Below the pieces are notes generated by a model that was given only the letters and a program-made list of their open reading frames with translations, was not told where the DNA came from and searched no databases. Below are positions 45,655 to 59,419 of a stretch of DNA of 64,000 nucleotides, one piece after another; the first letter of the stretch is position 1, and each line of letters opens with the position of its first letter. This DNA is from Anthoceros angustus (lineage: Eukaryota; Plantae; Anthocerotophyta). The stretch covers positions 390,248 to 454,247 of the forward strand of contig MU008199.1 of assembly GCA_010909165.1 (NCBI GenBank). The letters are read 5' to 3'. Both the position numbers and the translations under genes were made by a program.

Positions 45655-46531
45655 ATGGCTGCCGCCACGGTGACGCTGCTGCCTTGTGGGTGGCGGGGAT
45701 TGCACAGTGGCGCGGCTGTGGTGCGCACGTCGTGGGCTGGAGAGGGCGGAATTGCGGGATTGCACGTCCCCGGAAGAGGAGGAGGAGGAAGTGTGAGCCT
45801 GAGCCTGAGGACGGAGACTCGGTGCCGGAGGGAGAAGCTGGTGGCGGAGCCAGGGGCTGGGGAGGAGGAGGAGGAGGAGAACGGGGGAGCGGAGGAGGGG
45901 GCGGAGGAGGAGGCGGAGGGAGAAGAGGGGAGAAAGCCGTGCTCAGGCTGCGCATCCGGAGGCTGCGGGCGCTCAAGCGGGCGGCGCTCATCCGCGAGAT
46001 TATGGTGAGGCGGCAGCTGCTGCTGGCGTCGTCCATGGTGGTGGGGTGACGCTGTCCACGGCGCTGGCGCCCTGGGTGCCGGATCTGCACGCGGTGGCGG
46101 CGTTTCTGGAAGACATCCCCGAGCTGGCGAACGAGCGGGAGCTCCGGGGCAGCCCTGGCACTGCGGGTGCCGCTCCCGGACAGGGGCTCGGCCGCGGCGC
46201 TGGAGGACGAGGAGCCGGAGGAGGTGCTGGTGATCGCGGTGAAGGTGCTGCGGGGCGGCCGCTGCAGTTTGACGTCTTCCTCAACCTGCCTGAGGCCTCG
46301 GACCGGACGCCCACCAGCTGCGCCGAGTACGTGGGCTCCTTCTTCAACGAGCCGCAGACCGCGGCCCCGGACGCGTACCGGGAGGCGGTGCTGCGGCTGG
46401 GGATCACGGATACCCTGGACCAGCTGGGGCTGGGGAGGGCGGCCTCCGTCGTGGTGAGCATTGTGCCGCGCGGGCAAGACACGCCGGACAGCCCCATCGT
46501 CGTCAAGGGCATCAGGGTGGAGTTCGAGTGA
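45655..46531 (+). CDS. Polyphenol-oxidase C-terminal (KFDV) domain-only protein with plastid/Tat-like leader; frameshifted in this sequence
   Basis: Transit-like start, RRQLLLASS twin-arginine motif, EEVLVI, then LQFDVFLNLPEAS..CAEYVGSFFNEP..LRLGITDTLDQLGL..SVVVSIVPRG..IVVKGIRVEFE*. No tyrosinase CuA/CuB His motifs. Pieces are spread over three frames. Confidence 0.8.
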
Positions 46532-46662
46532 CCTTGGATTGGATCGCGCCTTCTCGGCTTCCGGACTGAAGAAAGTGGGCAATGATGCACAATGCAGGAG
46601 AACAAGGGAGGGGGAGAGCATTGCGGTCCAATTTCGTACCTACTACATGTAGCTATGAATCT

Positions 46663-49600
46663 CTAGTACTTGCACCAGGCGGGCTTCTTGGGCTGGCCCG
46701 GGCCCGGGAGCGGGGGCAGTGGCATGGACATGGAATGGGCTCCTTCCTCCTCTCCGCAGTGGCTTTCCTTGAGCCGGAAGATTTCGGATCTCAGCAGGTC
46801 TGCGTACTGGGATCCCAGGCATGGCTCTGCGCCTGCAGCTTCCCCGTGGTGGTGTCCGGCTCTGCCGCAGGAGTGGGCGCGGCGGGAATGTTTCGGAGGA
46901 GTTCTTGGCGGCTTGGTTGCCGCTGGCAAGGGCTCCACTTTCACGTTACAGTCTCTGGAGATCTGTACAACGCAATCCACAGGTCTGGTGTTGCTGCCGT
47001 TTGGCCTGTCTTGTTCTGCTGCGACGGCGGATGTGTCGGAGCGTCTCAAAGCGCTGCTGGTGCTGTTTCTGGCACTCGCTGGTCGTCTTCTCACAGTTTG
47101 CGGGGATCTCGAGCTGGAGACTGGCGTCCTGGGTCGGATTTCTGGTGCCTGCAACTGTTTCCCAGCTTCATTCAGGGCCCTGGCCAAGTCGTTGCACACT
47201 TCCCAGATGGCGTCCAGCGACTTTTTTGCACATGATCCTTTGTCACCCAGGTGTGTAGGTCTTTGTATATACTTGTATCCTGCATTGCCAGGCTCGTCCT
47301 TTCGATTCTGGAATTGTCAAGTGGCTGCATTTAGTCCGTAGTACGTAGTTGAAAACACATTATCGAGAATATGTGTTCCTGTGAGGATGTGGTGATGTCC
47401 TTACATGACGATGGAGGGACTCAAATTCGTTTGTTACCAGTCCCTGTAGGTTCCGCAGCTCCTCCTGCAAAAAGCACTCTTGGTCAAACTTTCGTCCACC
47501 GGGCTTGGAGGATGCCTAGTTGGCTGTGTTTACAAGAACATCCTAGGACTTGTGCGGCAGTTCTGCGCATTACCTGCAGACCCTTCAAAGCCCTGGCTGT
47601 GATGGTGGTACCGAGACTGTCCACGTTACCAGGTAGAGCCTGTCCCCCTTGTCTAGTTGGGTCGTGGCTCATGCTGTTGTCGAAGGTCACTGTGCATCCA
47701 GGTGAGTGCTGGTGGTGACCAACCCCAGCTCCTCTCAGCGTGGCCCGTATCCGGCCACCCCTCACTTGTGAACTTCTTCCTCTGCTCATATGCTGAGGAG
47801 GATGGATTCGCTGAGCTTTCCTACCGACGTGAACCTGAACCGGAGGGGCAGAGGTTCTGTGACTTGGGTTGAACCCTTCAAGCACAGAAGGTGCCCACTC
47901 TGACGTCCCAGAAGCATATTCTGCAGCTAGGATTTCCTCAGTCAGTTTCTTTTTCCCAGATCTGAGGGCACTTCTTTGCCAAAGGGAAAAGAACCGCTCC
48001 AAACGCCTTCTCTCTCCCACTCTACGGATCCACCATGGAAGAGCTGCCATCAGTCCGTCCAAGGACTGCTGAGAGCAAATAGCCCTTCTCTCATGTTTCT
48101 TCATCCTTGTGTAGGCTCGCCATGCTGCTAGGACCAAAGGCACAAGCTTGTGACTCTCAAAGGAGTTTCCACCAGGAGGTGTGCTCTCCAGCTTCGTCTC
48201 CCGTTCATGCTTCTCAACCTCCTGTGTCAAGTGCCGCTTCAACAGCTCCAAACTACAAACCTGTCGGAACAACCGTTCCGCCCTGGCTGTCGCCACCGCC
48301 CACCTCCATCTCCATGTTACCCACCTCTCTCGTTCTGGTGCTGCCTTGTCAGGATCCTGCCCTCTCGACCTTCTCGCAGATTCCTGTGGCCTTGGATCCT
48401 CATCCCTTCTGGACCTCACGGGCTGTCCATCTCTGTCGCGAAACAACACCATTTGCTTCTCGTCTGCCGTCAGCAGTGTCCCAGCATGGTCACCATCCCT
48501 CTCCGCAGGCTGGAATATTTCAGAGGCATGTTCGTCTGTCGTCGACGCAAACAAGCACCTGTCTGGTGGCACTGGCGCACTGGACACGAGGTCTTGCCTC
48601 TTTTCTGGAAGAGAAACGGAGGTTCCCTTGGAATGTGTGTCAACAGATTGCAACTGTGAAGTTGAAAGACGCTTCCTCGCCACATTGACATCCCCGAATT
48701 TTCCATCTTCAAGGTGGCTTTGGCTTTGCACACCATTAGCTTGTGTCGACTTCAGAGGAAAGACACGAGACTTCGTTGCAGCCCTTCCTTGCCTATTGCC
48801 GAAATCAATCTTCTCACCCAGAGGTAAGCCACTCTCTAGGCTCTTCCTCACTCTGCTCCCTGGAGGAGCCGAGCCATGATCCACTGTGTTTTCCAGCTCT
48901 CGCATGTGCCCTGTCAGCAGTTTCAAATGCTCTATTATCTCGGCTGCTACATTTTCTGAGGCCCTGGCATGCGTCTCTGCAGCACAGTTTATTTTCTCCT
49001 GCAGCTCCTGGTGAACGAGCCAGCCAACGTGAAAAGGCCAGTTGAGATGCTGCTGAAACAACATTCAACTTCAGGATACCTGCATATACACTAGTGGGTT
49101 GTTATCAGACGTGTGAGCTACCTCGGCATGCCTTGATGACAGATCTGCCTGTTCAGTTGCTCTTGCGAGTTCGACAACCAGGCTTTCCTTATCATGCTTC
49201 AAGCCATCGCATCTTTCCATACAAGCGGCTAGCTCCATCTGCAAGTGGCTACACATAAGAATGTGCACAACCGATTTTTTTATTCAGCCACTAGCTTTGA
49301 TGAAAGGGTGCAAGGCACTTCGACGGTGCTAGTGCTCAGATCGCTGTACCTCTGCTTTAAGCTTTGCACCTACAGTCTCTTTCAGCTTCTCGGCATTCCT
49401 CTTAACCTCTGCAATGTGCTCTGACCTAAGCACCTCCATTTGCTTCTCTTGAGAATTTTGCCGCTCCGCCATACGAATGAGAGCAACACGAAGCTTTTCA
49501 TTCTCCTGTGACTGCGATGCAACCTCCTCATCTCTGCGATTAAGCTGGGCCAAAGCCAACCACGTGTTAAAGATGATATAAGCATCTCCATCGTGAAGAG

Positions 49601-50748
49601 GACAGAGGGAACAAAGATTGTCTGGAAACCGAATAACCATGCAGGCCAGTCACGACTACCTGATCTAGGAGCACACGGACTTCCCCAAGAGCACCCTCTT
49701 TCTCACTCTGCAGGCTCGCAATGTCCCCACGCAGTTTGCCATCAACTCGGCGAGTTTCCTCTTCCATCATCTTTAAACTTTGACTGAGCCTCTGAATTTC
49801 GGCATCTTGCTTACGAAGTTGCTGCTCAGTCTCGGATATTCTTTGCTGTGCCTTTGCCAGGCGTTTCTGCAATTCATCAACCTGAAATGCATTGACACCG
49901 AGCAAACTTCTTTCAGTAACTCAGCCTTCTCCAACGCAGAGCATGCCCTGACAGCCGAGTACACTCTATCATACATCGATGTGCCTGTCTGCCAGACTGC
50001 CTCTGTTGGTGTTCGAAAGTTGGGCTCGCATTTGGGCCATATCCGACAGTGCTCGAGAGAGATGCAAATCTCGGGTCGCAATTTCGCGTTCCAAATTTGC
50101 AAGACATTCGTCATCGTGTTTCACCTCCCTAGTCACTTTCCTCAACTCGTGATGGAACAGCTTCTGCACGAGTACGTAAACGTTAGCAGGATACCTGATT
50201 CCCCCTTCGCTCTTTGAAGCAAGCAACAACCTTTCTCAAAACCCCACCTTCAACTGATACTGCCTCCACCGCTGAAAAGCCAGCACCGCTGCCACTATCC
50301 TCACAGAATCCGTTGTCTTGCTCTGCAAATCTTGCTGAATGGTATCGGAAGATCCCGACAGAGACCATCTGTAGACAGCCATCGAGTCATCTTTACTCGG
50401 GCCAGTCCAATGCCTGACTGCCCGCTGCGCGTCATCCTTAACAGATCTGTGCAGTTTCTTGCTCTTTTTGCTCCTAGTCCGCCTGGAAGCCTGATCATTG
50501 GTAGAGGAGCATGACGAGTTGCCTCCTTTCCGAAACTTACTCTCGGCGAACGAATCGTCTTTCCCAGACACACCAGGTTCCTTTCCCGGCACAGAGTCCT
50601 TCTCGCCATGGCCAGCCGTACTGCCGGACTCCTCAGCCCTGACGGCCTGGCTGCGGGCATCCGACTTTCCTGACCCACTCTGATCCCCAACGCTCCCGCT
50701 ATGCAGGGAGGATTCCAGGCCAGAAGGTCCATCCTCCATGTGTTCCAC
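46663..50748 (-). CDS. Large multi-exon coiled-coil protein of unknown family
   Basis: Chained minus-strand exons rich in heptads (VDELQKRLAKAQQRISETEQQLRKQDAEIQRL; EEVASQSQENEKLRVAL), plus a 526-aa open frame with Trp/Arg-rich helices. The start may lie further upstream. Confidence 0.6.
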
Positions 50749-51670
50749 GCCCTTCTCAACCTAATTCGCCCGACCTGGTACACAAGCCATCCGGTGCAGA
50801 CAGGGTCCCCCCTGTCGAGGTGCTCCTTCCTGAGCTCTTGACTCTTCCCTCAGCATGTTGTGAGCATCCACATCCTTTAACCCATCCCATCCCATGCCAA
50901 GCACAGCACCATGCTTGTGCACCCTGTCCTGCAACATGTGCCAAACGTGCTGCCTGCGACAGCGAAATGCATCCCGTGAGCTCACTCAATGCAGCTTCAC
51001 ATCCCTCACAGAGTGCACGATGGCAGTTGAGACGCCCATGTGGCGTGGGAGAGGATATTCCGCAGATCGCAGGGGGCAGTTACAAAAAGGGCAAGCAAGG
51101 ACGTCCAGACTGTAGGAGCCATGTGGCTGAGCAACCGAAATCCGAGGAGAACCCCGACGCTCGGAGCAGCAGCAGGAGGAGTGATGCCTGCTCCGCCCTG
51201 AAGACGTCGAGAGAGTCCAGACCTATGTACTACCTACTAATTCCGAGAGAGAAGGGGAAGGAGACAGTTGAGATACAGTCCCACTTCCTGCTGTCGGGAC
51301 ACATCTTTCGGTAATAAGGGGAACGGTTCTGTGCTCGTTAGGAGGCGGGAAACCGCGGATCCGAAACGTTATGTTATGTGAACCGTCTTTGCTAACAAAC
51401 TCTTTACATTGACTTCACAAATTTGGATTTTGGCCATCTATGGTTTACCTACACATGTAAGCAACTGAGTTTGTCGTTGAGAAAACGAACACCTACTGTG
51501 TGTGTTGTGACAACAAACTCTGAACTATCAACAGAACACCTTCGTATCCTTCAAGAGTACATATCAGCAAAGAAGTCCTTTCAGCTGTTGAACTGACGAA
51601 TCCTTGTCCTGACGCAAGACAGCATCCACCAGGTTGCTGTCAGGCTGGAATGTATGGCTGAGTGAGACAC

Positions 51671-53243
51671 TCAGCGGCTTCGTCTTCTCTTCTTAAGGCG
51701 TTCGAAGACGTCATAGATGTCGTCACTCGTGATTGCCCTTCCTGATTCAGCTATGGGTGTCTGCATAAGATCCAGACATATCAGAATCTCACGCTATAAG
51801 CTACCTTGTGGAAGCTGAGAGATTAAAAAGTGCTGGAAATTACTGACCAGGAATGACGTCAGTCCTGTTGCCATCTCCCTGATAGCATTGATAAACTCAA
51901 TCTGCTCCACGTGACCCAGGTTTTGGATGAAATTCCGCTCAGCTCCCTCTTGCCTCTGTATGTTCTCTTCCCGTTTGATTCTTGCCATCTCCTCATAATC
52001 CGCTATAGAATCTCCCTCCCGCAGAAGGAAGTCCAAGCCTCTGGACTTGTACAAAGCAAGGCATTCAGCACACTGGCAGAGATGTGCTCTCCAGCCCTTG
52101 CACAAAAAAATTGCCTTGTCTGTGCCCAACGATGGCTTCTCTTGGGCGGCAGAGTTCTGTTTTAACCTACAGTTCACTGGAGCTGCAGCATCGGATGATG
52201 TTGCCTCAGCAGGATCCTCTGTCGGAGTTAACTCATGACTCGGTGTTCCACTGCTTGCTACACCGTTCCCGTTATCTAAGCCACTGGCTGGAGTGACGAG
52301 TGGAGCCTCTGAACCATCTGCCGCTGGCTCCTCAGGAACGGCATCAGAGGCAGCTTCTTCATCCTCCGACTGAGTGGAAGACACAAGCAACTCAGGATAA
52401 TTCCCCAGGAAATCACATCGACGGATGCAACCCTGACAGACCACGGCCTCAAAATCATCATCTTCCTCTTTCAGCCCCTGCAAAGTAAGAAGAACAAACA
52501 GGGTTCAGACAATACAGCAGAATTACGCACCAGAGAAGGCAATACTGGAAAGGCAAATCACCTCTCCCGTCTCCTCCTCAGGTGCCAAACCCAAGTGGGC
52601 CTCGTGAAACCAGTCCTCACAGATGCAGCACTGAAGCATCTCGCCAACACCCGGTTCACCATCGGGATCCGGATATGGCCGACGGCACGAGCAGTACGTC
52701 CCAGAAAAATTCTGATTGTAGCTGTTCTCCTCATTCTCCCTCTCCTTGTGCTGGTCAAGCTTACACTCTACCCCACCAAACTTGGAGTTTCCGCAGTCGC
52801 AGCGGAAACGCCTCTTGGTCCATAGCTCCACTACCTAACCACGCAGGCTCAACATTCAAATCCATCATAAAACTCTCCGGCATCATCCCCACCGCTGCTT
52901 CTCAACACACGCAAAACAAACCTGCCGACTGGCACACCTGGTGTCCTTCATGGCAAGCGATGGAGCAGGCCGTGCAGCAGCCAGCATTTCCTGCTGGGGC
53001 GCAGGTTAGGCACGAAAACACGGCCTGACGCACCATGTACCCTTTATTATAAGTGCAGTCCTTGCCATCATCGGCACCAAGAACCATGTCTGCGTTCTGC
53101 ATCATTCAAGGACGGCCATCAGCACAGCCCAAGACTCTTCCCACCAACAACCCCGAGAACAAAATCAGCGTAGATTAACTTACAAGTTCCGCATCCATGA
53201 GCTCTTGAACTGTGAAACCCATATCGCCCTCGTCGCCCTCCAT
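51671..53243 (-). CDS. UBR7: UBR7-like UBR-box/PHD-finger E3 ligase, multi-exon
   Basis: CTYNKGYMVRQAVFSCLTC..AGCCTACSIACHEGH / ELWTKRRFRCDCGNSKF..ENSYNQNFSGTYCSCRRPYPDP..MLQCCICEDWFHE / WRAHLCQCAEC / AITSDDIYDVFERLKKRR*. Confidence 0.95.
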
Positions 53244-54218
53244 ATTGCCTCCGCCTCCCCCTCCCGCCGACAAGCTCTGCGAAACCGTGGTTGTCACCAC
53301 CTTCTATTTGTTGCTCTAACGCCCAGAAACACCTACCACTGGTGAACGGCAGCCCATACCTCTTCAACCTGATAAGGTATGAACCCGTTCAACACGCAGC
53401 ACAGGATTCCCTACCGCACACGACAGACACGGTGAGACACTACGAGCCGAGGATCCTCGATTTCTAGCAACGGACATGTCCAGAAGGCGCAGTTCCACAG
53501 CGGAACCCACCAAACATGCGGCAGCTGAGGTTCGATGTGGCGGTGCAATCAACCAGAAGCGGCAGCACGGAACGGGCCCGGGAACAAGACAGGTGGAGGG
53601 AAGAGGGGAGGGAAAGGGGGAGGAGGGGAAAAAGGGCGGGAAGCGAGGATCGAAGTCACGGCCTGCAGCGGGCAGGGAAGCCGGGGTCTTGGGAATTGTG
53701 GCGAGTGTCACGGACAGCGGGCCAAGGCCGGGCCCGGGTGGCCGTAACGTTCAACCCGCCTCTTCCCCGTTTAACCTTGCATCCTATGCCAAAGTTTCAC
53801 TCCTGTTGCCGTACCGCGAAGCTGCCGCAGCGGGCGAGCTCTAGACTCCCACTCCCCGGTTTGCGCGTGTTTGAACTTTTGCGAGGGCCTCGGACGCGGT
53901 TTGATTGAATGAATTGAAGTCTCTGCTGGGAGCATTTTTTCGGGTTAGGTGATCGTGTTTGGTGGTCTGATTGTGGTGTGACGGGACTGCGGGCATCGGG
54001 TGGTGCGTTTGCGCTGTGTGACGAGATTGTGGGTGTGCTGTGCATGACGCGGTGGGAATTCTGTCAGGTTTTGGGTTGCTTGGAGGTGGCGTGGTTTGAA
54101 TTTGGGCATACTCGCCAGGGGATTGGAGATTCCGGGGGCAAGGACAGGAGGACGTGACACAGCTCCAGTGCTCCCCGTGTATGGATGGAGGGGTTTGGTG
54201 AAGTTCAGGAGGAAGATT

Positions 54219-57200
54219 ATGGAGCGTCGGTGGAAGAAAGCCATTGCTTTGTGTCTTGTGCTGACGTGTTTAGCTCTTGTGCAAGGGAGTATCAGATGCG
54301 AGAATGGCGGGTTTGTGCAGCGTGCTCTTTCCGGGGCATGTAGTACAGGATTTAGGAGGGGTTGCAAGTTCGTGGCTTTGGATGCAAGGGAGTATCGGTC
54401 AGGGTTGGCAGACGTTTCTCCGGGCAGCAGGACGCAGGTAGATTCGGACTTTGTGTATGGTGAGCAAGAAGGGGGGGGCAGTGATGGCAAGCAAGTGGAC
54501 ACAGTTTTGGGACGGAATAGCTCTGGTGGGCTGGATCAACGGAGTGTGATTCGTCCATCGGCATGGCTGCGTGGTTCGAGGTGGTCTGCATCGAGGAAGT
54601 TGTTCTCTGAAGATTCTAGTCTACCCTCTCCTGCCCCATGGTCCAGACCTGGGTCTTCTGCAGTGAATTATGGACTGGAGGCATCCATCTTATCCTCAGG
54701 GGACCAGCTTTTTACAGGAGGATCTTACCCGACGATTCTCCTGGACATTCCGATCCCTAAGCTTCCAAATCCATTTGATAGCTCAGCATCTGACCAGCCC
54801 GCTTCATCTTCATCCCCATCGCCAGGAATTTCTCCCTCCCTACCTTCTGTTGCGGAACCCACGGCAGGTGGGCCTGTTAGTGAGTCTCCGAGTGCTGCTC
54901 CTGGGGTGGTGGTGCCACAGGAGAGCTCAAATGGTAGAAGCAGTGTGACAGCAGTTGCAGTTTCAGTTCCTATTACGGTGATTGTCACGCTTGCGGCTGT
55001 GTTTGTCTTCCTCCGTTGTTATCGGAAATCTCCTCTCGTTCAGTCTCAAGGAGCAGCAGGAGAAAAGGATGACAATCCTCTTCTTCATGCAGGTTCTTCT
55101 TATTTTTTCAGAACTAGTCCGCTTTCAAACCATCACAGGTACAATGGAAGTCCCAATCCTGCTACTGCAGGGACAGCCGCGGTTTCTGCAGCTATGGAGA
55201 AGAGTGAGAATGATAGTAGGAAAGGAGGAAGGATGAATACAGCAGCTGCTGGGAATGCGCCAAATGGGCAGCATGCGGAATTTGATGGAGTCACTTTTGA
55301 AGGTCCTGAATCACTACACAGGACAGCACCTGCTTATCTGAAGACCTACTCCCTGCCCGCTTCATCGAGGCTCGATGTCCCAGCCAGACCTCTGCCACTT
55401 CCTCCAGAGTCTTTAGCCTCTCCACGCCAGAAGCAGCCTACTGTTTTTGGGAATGGATCTGTGCCTCTGCCATCTGCTTTGGATGTATCACCTCTGTCAG
55501 GGCTGGAAATGACTTCATCAGCATTCACTCCTGCCCAGCACTCTGACGGCAAAGATTCCCCTCCCGGTAGGCCTGTCTCAGTGAATGGTGCCCTGCCTAG
55601 CCAGTCAGGAGCTCTACCTCTGCCTCCATCAGTCCCATCTTTCACGCCGCCGCCAGCTCCACCACCCTCTCTTCCACGCCCTCCCTCTGCTATTTCATCT
55701 GCAACAGCCACAGGTGCACCAGTACCCCTTCCTGGTGCTTTGCGCCCCAATGCTATGTGGCCGCCACCTGCTCCTTCTCAAGCCCCACCTGCCCCTCTGC
55801 TACCCTTACGTGAGGGGCAGCCTGCTTGGCCACCTTCTGCTCCTCCACCAGTCCAATCCCGACCTGACCCTCCTCCTTCTTTGCAGGCTGTTTGGCCACC
55901 TCCTGCTCCTGCAGCGCCAGCTCAACCCCCACCTCCACCACCTTCTCTGCAGGCTGCTTGGCCACCTGCTGCCCCTGCAGCACAAGCTCAACCCCCACCG
56001 CCACCACTTCCTTTGCAGGGTTCTTGGCCACCTGCAGCTCCTGCAGGACCAGCCCAGCCCCCACCTCCACCCACTGCTTTGCAGTCTTTTTGGCCACCTG
56101 CTGCTCCTGCACCACCACCCCAACATCAATACCAACCCCTACCTCCTCCTCCTCCTACTCTGGCCGGGCAGGCTGCTGGGCCACCTGCTTCTCATTCATC
56201 AACCTTACCTCTACCCACTGACTTGCCCTCCTATGCAGCAGGGCAGGCTGTGACATCACAACTACCAGCTCATCCTGGTAATGGTACTGAGACTCAACTG
56301 TTTCCTCCTCCTTTGAATGCTACTGTCTCACCAGCAGCAGCAGCACCTCATCCTCCTCCTTTGCGTTCCAGTTCTTTTGGAAATGCACCCCCACCACCAT
56401 CACCTCCTTTGCATGCAAATGCTCCAGCCCCACCGCCACCACCACCTCCTCCTTTGCGTTCCAGTTCTTTTGGAAATGCACCCCCACCACCACCACCTCC
56501 TTTGCATGCAAATGCTCCAGCCCCACCGCCACCACCTCCTCCTCCTCCCCCTCCTCTACGTTCCAGTGCTGCTGGGCCTCCTCCACCGCCACCCCACCTC
56601 CACCACCCCTCCTCCTCTGCGTCCCAATGGTGCTGCGCCTGTTCCCCACCACCACCTCCTCCTCCTCCTCTACAGTCCAATACTGCTGGGGTGCCTGCTC
56701 CACCTCTATTTCCTCTGGGGGACGAGGTGTTCCACCCCTCATCCCCCACCTCCTCCAGGAGGACAAGGTACTCCGCCCCCTGCCCCCCCACCTCCTCCAG
56801 GAGGACGAGGTGCTCCACCTCCTCCTCCCCCACCTCCTCCAGGAGGACGAGGTGCTCCACCCCCTCCTCCCCCACCTCCTCCAGGAGGAAGGGGTGCCCC
56901 ACCCCCTCCACCTCCACCTCCCCCAGGAGGAAGAGGTGCTGCACCTCCTCCACCTCCACCTCCTCCAGGAGGAAGGGGTGCTCCACCCCCTCCACCTCCA
57001 CCTTTCCCCGGAGGACGTGGTGCTCCACCCCCTCCTCCACCTCTGCCAGGTGGTGGCCGAGGGGGACCACCTGTTCCCCCTCCTCCCCCAGGCTCTGGTA
57101 GGGGTAGAGCACCTCCGCCCCCAGGAGGTGGTCCACCCCCACCTCCTGGGTTTGCTCTTCCTCCTCCAGGAAAATTGGGAAGAGGTGGTCCACCATTGTC

Positions 57201-58774
57201 AGTGCAGTTACCTCCGGAACAGGCACCAGCAGCGAAGCTGAAACCTTTGCACTGGGAGAAGATTAAAGCGAATCCTGGTCACTCGATGGTGTGGGATAGA
57301 CTTCGAACAGGCTCTTTCTCGTGAGTGTAGTCCTGTCTCCAGTTTCTTCTACACTGTCATTCTTTTTCTGTCAAGTCTGTTGGCAGCATCATGTGAAATC
57401 TGTCCTTGCAGGCTAGATGAGGAAATGATGGAATCCCTATTCGGCTTCAATCCTGCCGCCGCCACAAGCTCGGCGCCAGCTAAGCCAAGCAAGGCAGAAA
57501 AGCCCAAGGCTGTTTCTCTTATAGATGGAAGGAAAGCGCAAAATATCGCCATTCAACTGAAAGCTTTGGGCCTCACGAGGAATGATGTCATTGATGGACT
57601 GCTTGAAGGTTAGTGTTACTCCTGGTTCTACTGGCTGGATGTGGACTTACGTTCTCCGCCTTACAGGAACTGTCTGTATTTAGGGACTGGGTTAACTCCA
57701 GACATTTTGGAAATCCTGGTGAAGATGGCTCCTGCCGATGATGAAGTGAAAAAGCTCAAGGGATTTCAAGGCGATGTGTCAACTCTTGGACCTGCCGACA
57801 GGTTTCTCAAAGCAGTCCTTGAGGTTCCTTGTGCATTTCAACGGTTTCGAGCTATGCTATACCGCTCATCATATGAAGAGGAGGTCTCTCAAGTGCAGAA
57901 AGCAATCCGTGTATTGGAGGTGGGATTTTTGCCGATTTCTAGTCAGAGCAGAGCTTGATGGGAAGGTGTGCAAGGTTGTGACTTGTGTTATTTTGACCGA
58001 GAACTTTGATTCATTCTGGTGCAGCTTGCAAGTCAGGAGCTCCGAAACAGTAGCACTTTTGAGAAGCTACTAGAAGCTGTGTTAAAGACTGGAAATCGAA
58101 TGAACATGGGGACATACCGAGGTGGTGCGACCGCATTCAAGCTGGACTCCCTTTTAAAACTATCAGATGTGAAAGGTACAGATGGGAAAACTACTCTACT
58201 CCAGTTTGTTCTGCAGGAGATAATGAGAAAGGAAAGTGCACGGGCATCAGGGGAAGGTACGCCAAGTTCACAGCCATCCACACCATCGGCTGCTTTCACT
58301 CCCAAATTGTCTGGTGGAGGCTCAGATAGTCATAAGCATATGGGCTCAAAGGTTGTTTTGAACCTTAGCTCAGAGCTTGCGAATGTCAAAAGGGCTGCAG
58401 TACTAGACACGGATTGCTTGAAGAATTCTGGCCAAAAGTTGGTGAATGGATGTGAGCAGACCAAGCATCTGCTGAGTCAAATTGCAAGTCAGGTACAAGG
58501 GAGAACTGGTGAGGACACAAGCTATGATCCCTCAGAAGATGTGTTTGACAGGAACATGAAGGACTTTGTGGATAAGGTGGACACTGAGGTTAAGAAACTC
58601 GTGGAGGACCTCAATGCAGCTTTTGAGGGTGCTAAAAGGGTGAATAGATACTTCAACGGCCAGACCCCCAATGATGACAAGCAACCTCTGAAGGTGTTTC
58701 AAGTAGTGAGTGATTTCCTTGTGATGTTGGAGAAGGCCTGCATGGATGTGATGCCACCTGTCAAGAAGTCTTGA
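54219..58774 (+). CDS. Class I formin (signal peptide, TM, long FH1, FH2), 4 exons; frameshifts in FH1
   Basis: Signal peptide MERRWKKAIALCLVLTCLALVQG, TM helix AVAVSVPITVIVTLAAVFVFL, polyproline FH1, FH2 KLKPLHWEK..VWDRL, RKAQNIAIQLKAL, LLEAVLKTGNRMN.GT.RGGATAFKLDSLLKLSDVKGTDGKTTLLQFV. Confidence 0.95.
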
Positions 58775-59419
58775 AGGGAGTATTGGGCTCATGAGGAAAT
58801 TGTGTCACGAACGCAAAGCAACTGTGGCATTGTACCTTTCCGCTTGGAACCAGGATGCCACCATGGGTCTGATGAAGCAATGATCCGGTTTACTAGTCGG
58901 CACTGTTGCTGCTGAACGTTCCACTGGCGCGTGCTTGCAATGCCAGGTTTCTTATGGCATTGTTAGAGTGGAGTGGAATGCGTTTTCTGTATATATACCC
59001 GAGTGAGCCAGTATATCCCGTTGAACCTTGTGGTGCTCTGTACATGGACTTCGTCAGGTATCTGCAAGGTGCTGTAGGTTTCTATTTATCACTAGCTGCA
59101 TCTTTTCTTCTTTCCTCGTGATTGATTGCCTCAGGACATGAGCCGAGATTGGTTTAGCCTAGAGGCTGTATCTTTATGGAGCAAGACACCGGTACCGTAT
59201 TCAGATTTGGCTAGAGGGAAACAGCTGTCTCCAGGCTACCACTGAAAGTGAGCTCACCTGGGTGCGAGGACTTAATGCATGGTGGCGTCTGGCAGCACTC
59301 GTTGCATAGGGGTTAGGTCTGTGTTCCCTGTTGTACTCTTTTTTAGGGTAATCGGGTGGCTGGCACCACCATTAGTTTTGCAGGGCTTCAGCTTCAACAG
59401 ATTATGAAGTCCGTTAGCT

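Noticed and set aside
55585-57241. His/Leu- and Glu/Gly-rich ORFs over the formin
   Set aside because: Alternative frames of polyproline DNA.
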